Both the position numbers and the translations under genes were made by a program. A stretch of DNA of 64,000 nucleotides from a virus (taxonomy: Duplodnaviria; Caudoviricetes). The DNA is taken from IMG/VR virus record IMGVR_UViG_3300031088_000782, positions 224,001 through 288,000 of that record. The stretch is one strand, 5' to 3'. The notes under the pieces are model-generated. The model made no database searches, was not told where the DNA came from, and saw nothing but the letters and a program-made list of their open reading frames with translations. Positions within the stretch are counted from its first letter, which is position 1; every line of letters starts with the position of its first letter. This document shows positions 49,105 to 57,585 of the stretch, in pieces.

Positions 49105-49428
49105 TTATTTGTTTTCGTATTGTGCAATAATATGATTATTCGTTTCGACAGATTTCTTGATTCTGTTTCGAAGAATTCGCCAATCCCTTTTATTTTGTTG
49201 TGGAACAGTTTGTGTGATAAGTGCATTGGCTTTCTTGAACCTTTCAACAATTTCTTCAGGTTCAAAGTCGAACACTTCTGTAACAAGTCCAAGTGCTTCC
49301 TTAGCTTGATTATCAATTTCTCTCAGTTCTGAAATTTCATTAATGTTGAGTTCATTAAAATGGTCATCAATAATGCAATGAGCTTGATCCATAATATTTT
49401 CAATTTGAATTTCGTGAATGATTGACAT
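49105..49428 (-). CDS. Hypothetical helical protein
   Basis: 107-aa ORF. Confidence 0.55.
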   Translation of the reverse strand: MSIIHEIQIENIMDQAHCIIDDHFNELNINEISELREIDNQAKEALGLVTEVFDFEPEEIVERFKKANALITQTVPQQNKRDWRILRNRIKKSVETNNHIIAQYENK

Positions 49429-49506
49429 AAGATTCTCTTTTCTGATTATTTCTTATTTAATTTAATATTATAATAATGGATTTTAATATTTAAATCAAAT
49501 ACGTTA

Positions 49507-49908
49507 TTAGATGTATTCCAAAGTTTTTTCATCCCAATTTTCAACAAAAGCCATAGGATTAAATGAAGCCCCTGTGATATTTTCTGTGTTTTCATGGCGA
49601 ACATGTTTGAAGATTCTTTCAAAACCTTCTGGGGTGTAACCCCCGCTGTGAGAGATATAATCGACATTGAAATATTCAGCGGTTTTGTTCATGATTTCAA
49701 TAGACAGCCTTTTTCCTTTATACCCGTCACGAACCTCAATGTCATGGAGAGAAAGTTTGGCAACATTGTTTTTCACATTGTAGTCAGCTTTCATATAAGC
49801 AACATTGATTCCATCGACTGTCAGCCAAAAATGGAATTCATTAATCCATTCATACATGACATTCCGATGGTCTTCTTCAACAATGAGTTCAATCTTTTCT
49901 GTCTCCAT
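49507..49908 (-). CDS. GNAT-family acetyltransferase
   Basis: VAYMKA..LHDIEVRDGYKGKRLSIEIM..HSGGYTPEG. Confidence 0.65.
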   Translation of the reverse strand: METEKIELIVEEDHRNVMYEWINEFHFWLTVDGINVAYMKADYNVKNNVAKLSLHDIEVRDGYKGKRLSIEIMNKTAEYFNVDYISHSGGYTPEGFERIFKHVRHENTENITGASFNPMAFVENWDEKTLEYI

Positions 49909-49999
49909 GTGTTCATTCTACTTGTTGTTCTGAGGTGCGTCAATAGGTTTTTCAACATTACGGAATTTTCCACTTGGTTTAAAGTTTTCAACGATTGAG

Positions 50000-50028
50000 T
50001 TGACACTATGTCTATGGCTGTGTAGGCT
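50000..50028 (+). promoter_or_regulatory. sigma70/SigA-type promoter
   Basis: TTGACA-17-TAGGCT. Confidence 0.6.
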
Positions 50029-50058
50029 GTTTATGTAAGCAAAAGTGTTGATTAAACA

Positions 50059-50400
50059 ATGATTTGGAGAATAGAACTGTCTGTAGATATGAGAAACGAT
50101 AAGGTGAAGGATTTTTCTGAGTTTGCTTATGCTTGTACTCCAAGCATTGCTTCTTTGAGTGCAGTTAGTTTTGAGGATGGCACCTTTGCCACAGTGGTTA
50201 ATCATTGGGAAAATTACTCTCCTGTTGAAGGTGATGTTTTTATTGATTCAGATGGTGATGACATTTGGACAATGATTGACGGTAACTGGGTTATATTTGA
50301 TCCGATGACATGTAAAATCAATGAAAGTGATGAAAGCTGGGAATCGCTTAATCTCAATTACGGACCAGTTCATCTGCTAACTGAATACATTATTTACTGA
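50059..50400 (+). CDS. Hypothetical protein
   Basis: 113 aa; hairpin at 50437-50484. Confidence 0.6.
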   Translation: MIWRIELSVDMRNDKVKDFSEFAYACTPSIASLSAVSFEDGTFATVVNHWENYSPVEGDVFIDSDGDDIWTMIDGNWVIFDPMTCKINESDESWESLNLNYGPVHLLTEYIIY

Positions 50401-50630
50401 TAACTGTGCTATCCATGATTCAGCAACTTTAATATTAAAGCATCTGAGACAAAAGTGATTCAGGTTATTTGTCTCAGATGCTTTTCTTGTATGTTTATTT
50501 CTCAATGATGGATTTTTTGCGCGAGCAAATCATTCTTTCATCTTAGAAAATCTTTTAAAATACTGTTCAATTTGAAAATGCGCAACTGGCAAAAATTTTA
50601 ACACCAGTTGCGCATTTTAGTTATTGATTT

Positions 50631-50972
50631 TTATTTGAGAATGGTTTTCATGTCGATGCTGGACTTAAATGCCAATTCGTCAGCCCATCCAACGGTTCCG
50701 AAATCTCCCCAACCTGAATGATTAAACATCACTTCAACCTTGATTTTTCCGCTTGGCTTGAGTTTGAAATTAGGAAACACAAAGAAGTAACCAGATTGTT
50801 CGCTGAGACTTTCGTTGGATTCGATGCGAACTTGTTCAACGATAAGTTTTTGCACCTTATTGACAAGTGCTTTCTTTTTGCGATTGATTGTTTTCGCCTC
50901 TTGCACAGTCATGTCATCAGTGACAACTAGTTCATTGATGTTCTTCACGAAAGTATTCTTATTCATTGCCAT
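50631..50972 (-). CDS. Hypothetical protein
   Basis: AAGGAG RBS; minus-strand TTGACT(51073)-17-TAGATT; hairpin at 50575-50618. Confidence 0.65.
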   Translation of the reverse strand: MAMNKNTFVKNINELVVTDDMTVQEAKTINRKKKALVNKVQKLIVEQVRIESNESLSEQSGYFFVFPNFKLKPSGKIKVEVMFNHSGWGDFGTVGWADELAFKSSIDMKTILK

Positions 50973-51106
50973 TTTCTTTTCTCCTTGTTGTTTATCCGGC
51001 GTGGAAGCTACCCGGAAAATTTACTTATTCCTTATTACATTTTTAATCTACTATACATTTTACTAAAAGTCAAGCAAATTCGTAAATATTTTTTAAAATT
51101 GACTAA

Positions 51107-51135
51107 TTGACATTTGGAATTGTTTACTGTAACAT
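51107..51135 (+). promoter_or_regulatory. sigma70/SigA-type promoter
   Basis: TTGACA-17-TAACAT. Confidence 0.6.
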
Positions 51136-51174
51136 TATTAATGAATAGACATTTATATAAGGAGACGGTTAATA

Positions 51175-51489
51175 ATGTTTAATGAAAAGTTTGATGTGAA
51201 GAAGCTCAATGAGTCGGCTAGCGGTTTTATTGAAGGCTACAATCACAACAAAGAGAATTTGTATCATGGTAGTGGCGCATCTTTTGAAGAATACTCTAAT
51301 GCCATAATTTCAGCAATCAATGATGCTGTTGATAAAGGAATGGATGAAGTCACTGTGAAGGCACCGAAAACGTTTGATGAAGCGTTCGAAAGGTTTTTTC
51401 GCGTCATGCTTCGTAGCAATGGAATTCAAATTGCGATGAATTCTCGAACTGGAAACATTTATTACTGGGGAGATAAGCTCCTGAAGTAG
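51175..51489 (+). CDS. Hypothetical protein
   Basis: AAGGAG RBS. Confidence 0.65.
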   Translation: MFNEKFDVKKLNESASGFIEGYNHNKENLYHGSGASFEEYSNAIISAINDAVDKGMDEVTVKAPKTFDEAFERFFRVMLRSNGIQIAMNSRTGNIYYWGDKLLK

Positions 51490-51577
51490 TTGATAAAAAT
51501 TGATTGAACAATTGCTTAAATTTAATTCTTATGATATACTTGAATTTGAATGCATTGTGAAAACAAACAATAAATAG

Positions 51578-51949
51578 GTGGATTTTATGATTGAAGTTTC
51601 TGAACAAGTGACTATGGTGACAGTGAATGGAAAAGAGTATCCAACTCGATTGTATAACGGTGTTCAAAGGTTTGTTCCGAATGAAGTTGTTCAATACATG
51701 AATGATACCGTTCTTGATGCTTTTATGGACAAGAAAGATACTCTGGGTGTCGATTTGAATTCTCTCGGAATCAAGTTGCTCAAAAGAGAACTTCCTTTGC
51801 AAGACTATATTGAATATTTGACAATGATTGGATATAGCGTTTCTGGGTTCTGTGACGCGGTTTATAGTATTGTTGAACTTAACGACCATATTTTCCAAGG
51901 TGATACAAAAGACTGGTTCACTATTGAAAATCCGCTGTGGAATAATTGA
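51578..51949 (+). CDS. Hypothetical phage-type protein
   Basis: QRFVPNEVV..DLNSL..MIGYSVSGF pattern. Confidence 0.6.
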   Translation: MDFMIEVSEQVTMVTVNGKEYPTRLYNGVQRFVPNEVVQYMNDTVLDAFMDKKDTLGVDLNSLGIKLLKRELPLQDYIEYLTMIGYSVSGFCDAVYSIVELNDHIFQGDTKDWFTIENPLWNN

Positions 51950-51972
51950 GAATCTGTTAAGGAGAAGAAATA

Positions 51973-52182
51973 ATGAACCCTTTTGATAAAACTCGTCCGG
52001 GTTATGACCTTCATGAATTTTTTGCTGATGAATTCGCATGTGCCCTGTTGATGCCTGCTGAGGATATTTTAAGGTGTCGAAAGCATGGCATGACACCTGT
52101 GGAATTGTCTAAGCGTTATGATGTTCCTGTTGATGCTGTCATTGCTTGGCTAGAACGTTTGGACAGGCATCCTCCTGAATAG
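51973..52182 (+). CDS. ImmA/IrrE-like C-terminal fragment
   Basis: ADEFACALLMP..ELSKRYDVP; no HEXXH segment. Confidence 0.6.
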   Translation: MNPFDKTRPGYDLHEFFADEFACALLMPAEDILRCRKHGMTPVELSKRYDVPVDAVIAWLERLDRHPPE

Positions 52183-52280
52183 TGAATAAGGAATATCTAG
52201 AAGATAATAGGTTAAGAAATATTTCAACAAACAGTAATGTTGAAATAAATTGAGAAAGTAAAGTAAAGGACGCTAAAAAT

Positions 52281-52625
52281 ATGAGTGATGACAGCAATGA
52301 ATATGTTCCGACAGAGGAAGACCTTGTTAGAGGTTTCCGTGCTCCTTGGCACTCTAAACCATCAAAAGAAGAGAATGAATCTTTTGCTGAATACATGGCT
52401 CGATTGAGTATTGATTCTTTTGAGGCTGGAATCGCTGATGAAAAAGCAGCTCGACGTGGGGTAGCGAAAATCAAGGCCGATGCACTAAGAGATTGGGCAA
52501 AGTTTCAAGAAGATGTTCTAGAACAACATTCTTATGCCGCTGACGAAGAAGATTATGAAGAAGTTCAAGCTTGGACAAACGCTGTTCGTATTTATGCTGA
52601 TGAGGTTGAAAAAGGAAACAAATGA
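52281..52625 (+). CDS. Hypothetical acidic protein
   Basis: AAAGGA RBS. Confidence 0.6.
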   Translation: MSDDSNEYVPTEEDLVRGFRAPWHSKPSKEENESFAEYMARLSIDSFEAGIADEKAARRGVAKIKADALRDWAKFQEDVLEQHSYAADEEDYEEVQAWTNAVRIYADEVEKGNK

Positions 52626-52669
52626 TTGAAACTATTGATTTATTGCTATTCTTATGTTAAGGTGATTAT

Positions 52670-53164
52670 ATGTTAGATATTGATGAAATTTTAGAGAAAC
52701 ATAGAGACCAGAAATGGGGAATCTACCCTTATTCTGTGCATCTCGAAAACGTTGCCCAATTTGCTGAATACTTCAACAACCTTTATGGGAAAAAAGAGTT
52801 CGACCCGATTGTTGTTGACCTGGCATCTTACTCTCATGATTCGGTTGAGGACACTGATGTTGTTCCTGAAGAACTTGATGAACGGATTCGGGATGCTGTT
52901 GTGCTTGTATCCCGAAATGTTTCGCAAGGGGATCTGTCTTATCAAGAATATATTCAGATGATTGCTGATAGTGGAAATCGTTTGGCTATTCTTATCAAGT
53001 TGAGTGATGCTTTAGCGAATTATCTTCTGTCAGAGAAGAACGAGAGTTCTATCATTGTTCGCTATCAGAAGAGTCTCCCCGTTCTGTTTAAGGCTTACAC
53101 TAATCAGGAGTGGGATTTCAATGGCGACTGGCGACACGACTTGTCTTTGCTTCTCCCTGAATAA
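52670..53164 (+). CDS. Stand-alone HD-domain hydrolase (Mesh1/SpoT-hydrolase-like)
   Basis: PYSVHL, HDSVEDTD, YQEYI, IKLSD..N. Confidence 0.75.
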   Translation: MLDIDEILEKHRDQKWGIYPYSVHLENVAQFAEYFNNLYGKKEFDPIVVDLASYSHDSVEDTDVVPEELDERIRDAVVLVSRNVSQGDLSYQEYIQMIADSGNRLAILIKLSDALANYLLSEKNESSIIVRYQKSLPVLFKAYTNQEWDFNGDWRHDLSLLLPE

Positions 53165-53295
53165 CAAAATTTGATTGCAAAAATATTTGACAATATTCCA
53201 TGCTCCATCTAATAAAGTCTATCGTATCTTATTCAGACATGATGGGCTTTATTGTTTTTCGTGTAGATTGTAGAAAGTCTTTTGGTAAGTTTTTA

Positions 53296-53325
53296 TTGAC
53301 AAAACAATGGCTGTTCTGCTACCAT
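53296..53325 (+). promoter_or_regulatory. sigma70/SigA-type promoter
   Basis: TTGACA-18-TACCAT. Confidence 0.55.
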
Positions 53326-53379
53326 TGAGGAAAGAAGCGATATACAAACGCAAAATGGCATGACAAGGACATTGAGAGG

Positions 53380-53658
53380 TTGAGCAATATGAATGAAAAC
53401 AAGATGATGGACAACAAGGCAATTCTTGAAGTGTTCTATGTCATGGAGGGGCGCGGGATTGAGCCGGGAAGTTTTACGCGACATCTGATTGAAACGATTG
53501 CTAAGGCTGATGCCACTAACAAGGGCAAGCTGGCTCTCGTCTACCCTGAATATGTTGAGGTTGTTTCAGCCTACCAAAACAGTGCTGAACTGTATGATGA
53601 AATGGTTGGGCAAGTGTTTGAAAACATTGCTGAAAACTATGGCCGAAACTCTGACTGA
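53380..53658 (+). CDS. Small protein paralogous to the C-terminus of 48225..49031
   Basis: EVFYVMEGRGIEPGSF..KADATNKGKL; GAGG RBS suggests ATG 53389. Confidence 0.7.
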   Translation: MSNMNENKMMDNKAILEVFYVMEGRGIEPGSFTRHLIETIAKADATNKGKLALVYPEYVEVVSAYQNSAELYDEMVGQVFENIAENYGRNSD

Positions 53659-53770
53659 CAACATGAAAGTATGAATCGTCAGAATCGTTTGTGAGAGCAA
53701 AAACCGCTTGCTTCAATACGGTGGCTCTCAAAATAGGGTTTTTCGAAAATCTTCTCCAAGACAGCCAAAT

Positions 53771-53815
53771 CGCCACCTGAAAACACGGCATAAAACCTAA
53801 TGTTTTCAGGTGGCG
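53771..53815. terminator. Hairpin
   Basis: CGCCACCTGAAAACA / TGTTTTCAGGTGGCG. Confidence 0.55.
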
Positions 53816-54005
53816 TTCTCATTTCAATTTTAAGCCTTTTTGAGAATGCCGATTTTTCTCTCATTTCGCACAGATTTTCGATGAGGAGTGTGTTACGCAA
53901 TGCCCTCATCATCTACTGAAAACAACATATTATCTCATTCTTGTTGAACTTTTGATAAGCTGAAAAGTAATATAAATTAGAAAGATTCGAGAGAATGGAA
54001 AATCA

Positions 54006-54748
54006 ATGGAAAATTACGATAACTTTATGGATTTTCTTCTTAACGCTACTTTAATTGTTGGCGCAATCTGTGGTTTTGTACTAATTGTGGCTTCCTACTT
54101 CACTTGGGGGAATAACAGAGAAATAAAGAAGATTAATTCTGCCACAAAGAAACGTCATCCTAATCCAAATGGTCTTCACGTTTATAATGACAAAATTCGA
54201 ACACTTGAAAGAAGAATAGAATTTAAACTTGAGAGAAAAGATGGAACAATTACAAATGAGATTCACGCTCTATATTCTGAAATGACTAAAAAGCTCTCTC
54301 TTGGAAAGTTGTTCACCATGATCGAATTGATTTTGAGACTATTGTTAAAAATTCAAAACCTATCAAAACCTTAGACCAAATGGCAAAAGATGCAAGAAAT
54401 AGAATGATTGTACAAAACAGTTCATTAAAGATTTCTACTCTTGCTCTTGGGGGAATCTCGAATGATAATACACCTGCAAGAAAAACCATTCCTAACCTTC
54501 AACCAAAAATTAACGAAGTTGAGAAAAAACTTGAATTAATCAACAAAGACTGGAAAGAATACGAAAAAGAGGTTGGGCACTATAACACTGACAAAGAAGT
54601 TAAAGAATTGTTCGTGAATCGTAGAGATAGTCTTTCTGAAGAGTTGTCAAATTTGAGGAAGCAAGAGCAAGATGAGCTTCAAATGATTGAGGAAGAGAAA
54701 ATTCAGGAAGCGCATTTGCGAATGTTCAACAAAATGTATAACTACTGA
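54006..54748 (+). pseudogene. Membrane-anchored coiled-coil gene split by a frameshift at a (CT)4 tract
   Basis: ORFs 54006..54374 and 54380..54748; the second frame is open from 54290 and lacks an RBS; deleting one CT at 54294-54301 joins them (KLSWKVVHHDRIDFET..). Confidence 0.6.
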
Positions 54749-54987
54749 TTTGTTTAAAATTTTTCAAACTGGTTAACTCTCTATTTCTTTTCTGCTGTTT
54801 TCGTTATTCTCCTCATAGAGCGATTTCATGCGATTAGAACGTTAATTTCTCTCTATGTTGATAATCTATTTATGAACTTTTGGCGAATTTTTTGTTTGTA
54901 AATTTTTCGTAAAGCAATCATATAGATAAGTGATAAGAGAGTTTAAAAAGTTTTGATGCAAATGTTTGACAGAATGGGAGACAGTAG

Positions 54988-55734
54988 ATGGGTGCTGTTG
55001 TGGAATGGTTCATATGGCTGACTATTGCCTTCATCGGTATTGGAGTTATACAATTTGTTGTTCAATCTCGAAGAACATTGGTAATCCCTGTGAAATTAAA
55101 AAGTCGACAAAAGTTCAACAATTTTTCCCCTGATGACTATTTGCTGAACGTCAATGAAGAACAGTTCAAAGTCATTGCCAGTATCGTTGATGAATCACAT
55201 CCGAACAAGTATCGTAGTATGACTATCACATGGAATTACACAACACCTTCAGGAAAAACCTCATACACTGATTCTAAAAAATATGATTTCTCTGAATTGA
55301 CTGATTATGTGAAAAAGATTGGGCCTACGTTCGATAAAGGAAAGAAACGAGTTAAAGCGTTGAATCGTTTCTATGATGAAAGAATTCGCAAGGGCAAAGA
55401 GGTTGATGATGGAGTTCCAAAAATTTATTGTTATATGATTTATGGTCCTGACCATAGAGGGTTGATTAAGGTAGGTTTCGCAAAGGGTAGTGCATTCAAT
55501 CGCATCAAGAATCAAGTGAAAACAGCGGCTCATTTGAAAGTTGATTATGAGGTGTTGTTTATTATGCCAGCTATCTGTGTCAATGGCAAAGAGTTCAAAG
55601 ACCATAAGGTGCATAAGATTTTGCGTAACTCTGGGGTTAGTAATCCGTTTGGGGAATGGTTCAGATGCTCCCCTGACATAGCGAAAAAAGCTGTTGAGTC
55701 AGCACAGATGAATTTTCCTAAAATTGCACTCTGA
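54988..55734 (+). CDS. Membrane-anchored T5orf172-type GIY-YIG nuclease domain protein
   Basis: N-terminal TM; KIYCYMIY..IKVGF..RI..VHKIL..GEWF. Confidence 0.7.
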   Translation: MGAVVEWFIWLTIAFIGIGVIQFVVQSRRTLVIPVKLKSRQKFNNFSPDDYLLNVNEEQFKVIASIVDESHPNKYRSMTITWNYTTPSGKTSYTDSKKYDFSELTDYVKKIGPTFDKGKKRVKALNRFYDERIRKGKEVDDGVPKIYCYMIYGPDHRGLIKVGFAKGSAFNRIKNQVKTAAHLKVDYEVLFIMPAICVNGKEFKDHKVHKILRNSGVSNPFGEWFRCSPDIAKKAVESAQMNFPKIAL

Positions 55735-55776
55735 TAATTCCGATTCAATTTTCTCAATGGTTTTTGCTGAATTGCC

Positions 55777-55806
55777 TTGACAAATTTTGTTCAACTGTTA
55801 TATAAT
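55777..55806 (+). promoter_or_regulatory. sigma70/SigA-type promoter
   Basis: TTGACA-18-TATAAT. Confidence 0.75.
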
Positions 55807-55846
55807 ATTTTTAATAGGTAATTGTGCAAAGTTTGAGAATTGAAAG

Positions 55847-56290
55847 GTGAATGGATTGAAGAAACCAAAGAGATTGAAGAACGATGATTATGTAAGTCCT
55901 GATGCTGATGATGGAACTATTGTTGAAAATCTGAATTCGTTCAATGATGCTTTGGTGGGACGTAGGGTTGTTGCTGTGGAGCGAAGCAAGTCATCTGGTC
56001 GTATTTATCATTCTGGTTCTGTTACTGCTTTCACTTTGGACGATGGTTCTCGTGTTGAGTTGAGTGATACTGATGATTGTTGCGCTTACACTCAAATGGA
56101 AGGAATCATTGAGAAGCTTCCTGACATTACTCACGCTATTACTGGTGTGGTGTCATCGGATGGTTATCAGAATTGGCATATCATGGCTGATTTTGGTGAG
56201 ATTATGGAACTGAAAGTCGGATGGTCTTCAGGTAATCCATTCTATTATGGTTATGGGTTTGACATCAATGTTCGCTCTATCAGTGATTGA
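55847..56290 (+). CDS. Hypothetical phage-type protein
   Basis: LVGRRVVAVE..TLDDG..DCCA; hairpin at 56355-56389. Confidence 0.65.
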   Translation: MNGLKKPKRLKNDDYVSPDADDGTIVENLNSFNDALVGRRVVAVERSKSSGRIYHSGSVTAFTLDDGSRVELSDTDDCCAYTQMEGIIEKLPDITHAITGVVSSDGYQNWHIMADFGEIMELKVGWSSGNPFYYGYGFDINVRSISD

Positions 56291-56421
56291 ATGCAATGTT
56301 GAAAAATTTTAAAAAGAACTGTTTTTAACAATTGTGCATAAATAGGTCAAACAGAATGCCCGGATCTTGTTTTATCAGATCCGGGCATTATTTATGTTGT
56401 CATTTGTTCATCACAATGGTG

Positions 56422-56928
56422 TTAGATTCGCTTTTTCTTGATAACTTTGACCGCGAGCTTCTTTGCGCTTGATGAGCAATTCTTCTGGTAACGCATTACA
56501 CTCTTTGGGCTTCCCATTTTCTGTGCCATGCAATCCGCGAGTGCTTCTACTCCGCCGTATCCTTTGCGCCCAAACATTTTATTGGCTTTGTTGGACAGCT
56601 TGTAGAATCCGCTGGGGCTTGCGAATTGAAGCATGTGTGAGCATTCGTGACGAGCGGCATACTTACGCATTGTCACACTCTTTGAGTTGAGTCGTTTACT
56701 GAATAGTAAAGTATTTCCCGAGGCGAGCGCGAGGACACCTGAACGAAGATTTTGATTTGACTTGAATTTGTAGCCTTTTCCGCAATATTTTTTGACATAG
56801 GACTTGTAGGTGCTTGCGCTAACGGCTTCTGCTGGTGTGGGGGCTGTGATAGCACCACCGAAAGCAATGAAGAGAGCCATAATCGCAGCAATGAGATATT
56901 TGGTGCTCTTAGATACAGTTGTTTTCAT
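56422..56928 (-). CDS. Secreted basic HEXXH zinc-metallopeptidase-like protein
   Basis: Signal peptide ending TPAEA|; ARHECSH; EALADC. Confidence 0.7.
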   Translation of the reverse strand: MKTTVSKSTKYLIAAIMALFIAFGGAITAPTPAEAVSASTYKSYVKKYCGKGYKFKSNQNLRSGVLALASGNTLLFSKRLNSKSVTMRKYAARHECSHMLQFASPSGFYKLSNKANKMFGRKGYGGVEALADCMAQKMGSPKSVMRYQKNCSSSAKKLAVKVIKKKRI

Positions 56929-57226
56929 TTGTTGTCTTCCTTAATGTTTGTGAATGATTTGTCTAAGTTTGACAGTGTTTCATCCTGTTTGAACGGGTTT
57001 CGTTGTGTTTCTATAAGGATTCTATCAGTGTTTTCAGCATATATCAAACGATTCACACAGTTTCACAAAAATTTCGGTAGTTTTTCAGTAGTTTTGAATA
57101 TGAGTCAGTAGTTGCCTGTCAGATAGGATTTTTGGTCAAAAGTTGATGAATCTGCTTGATTAATTTGTTTGAGTGTTGTATTATTATAATAATAGAGAAA
57201 TAGTTAAACAATGATTTGAGAAGGAT

Positions 57227-57439
57227 TTGATGAAAATGGCTCAGCGTTATTACGATTCGCATGATTTTACGAACAACACGAATGAGGTTTTGAGTGTGAT
57301 GCTTGAACCCGGTGAAATTGTTGAGGTTCGTAGCGGTTCACGACCTCTTGATGTTTCTCGTTATTCTGGTGAAGAGTTTGGTTATGAGGTTGAGGTTAGC
57401 CCGAATGAATCAATGAGAACGATTAAGTTTGCCGATTAA
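57227..57439 (+). CDS. Small hypothetical protein (intact paralog of 35181..35370)
   Basis: AAGGA RBS; hairpin at 57467-57509. Confidence 0.7.
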   Translation: MMKMAQRYYDSHDFTNNTNEVLSVMLEPGEIVEVRSGSRPLDVSRYSGEEFGYEVEVSPNESMRTIKFAD

Positions 57440-57585
57440 TCCACAATCATTGACTATATTTGATTGACGAAATTTCCCTAATACTTGTTGAATATTAGGG
57501 AAATTTCGTTTATGGGTAGAAAAATTGATTATTCGCTGATATAGAAAAACGTTTTAAATCCGTTTTCTTTGTAGGGGTGTTTTTC

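Noticed and set aside
51404-52096. 230-aa minus-strand ORF
   Set aside because: It is antisense to three plus-strand genes that have RBSs and motifs, and it has no features of its own.
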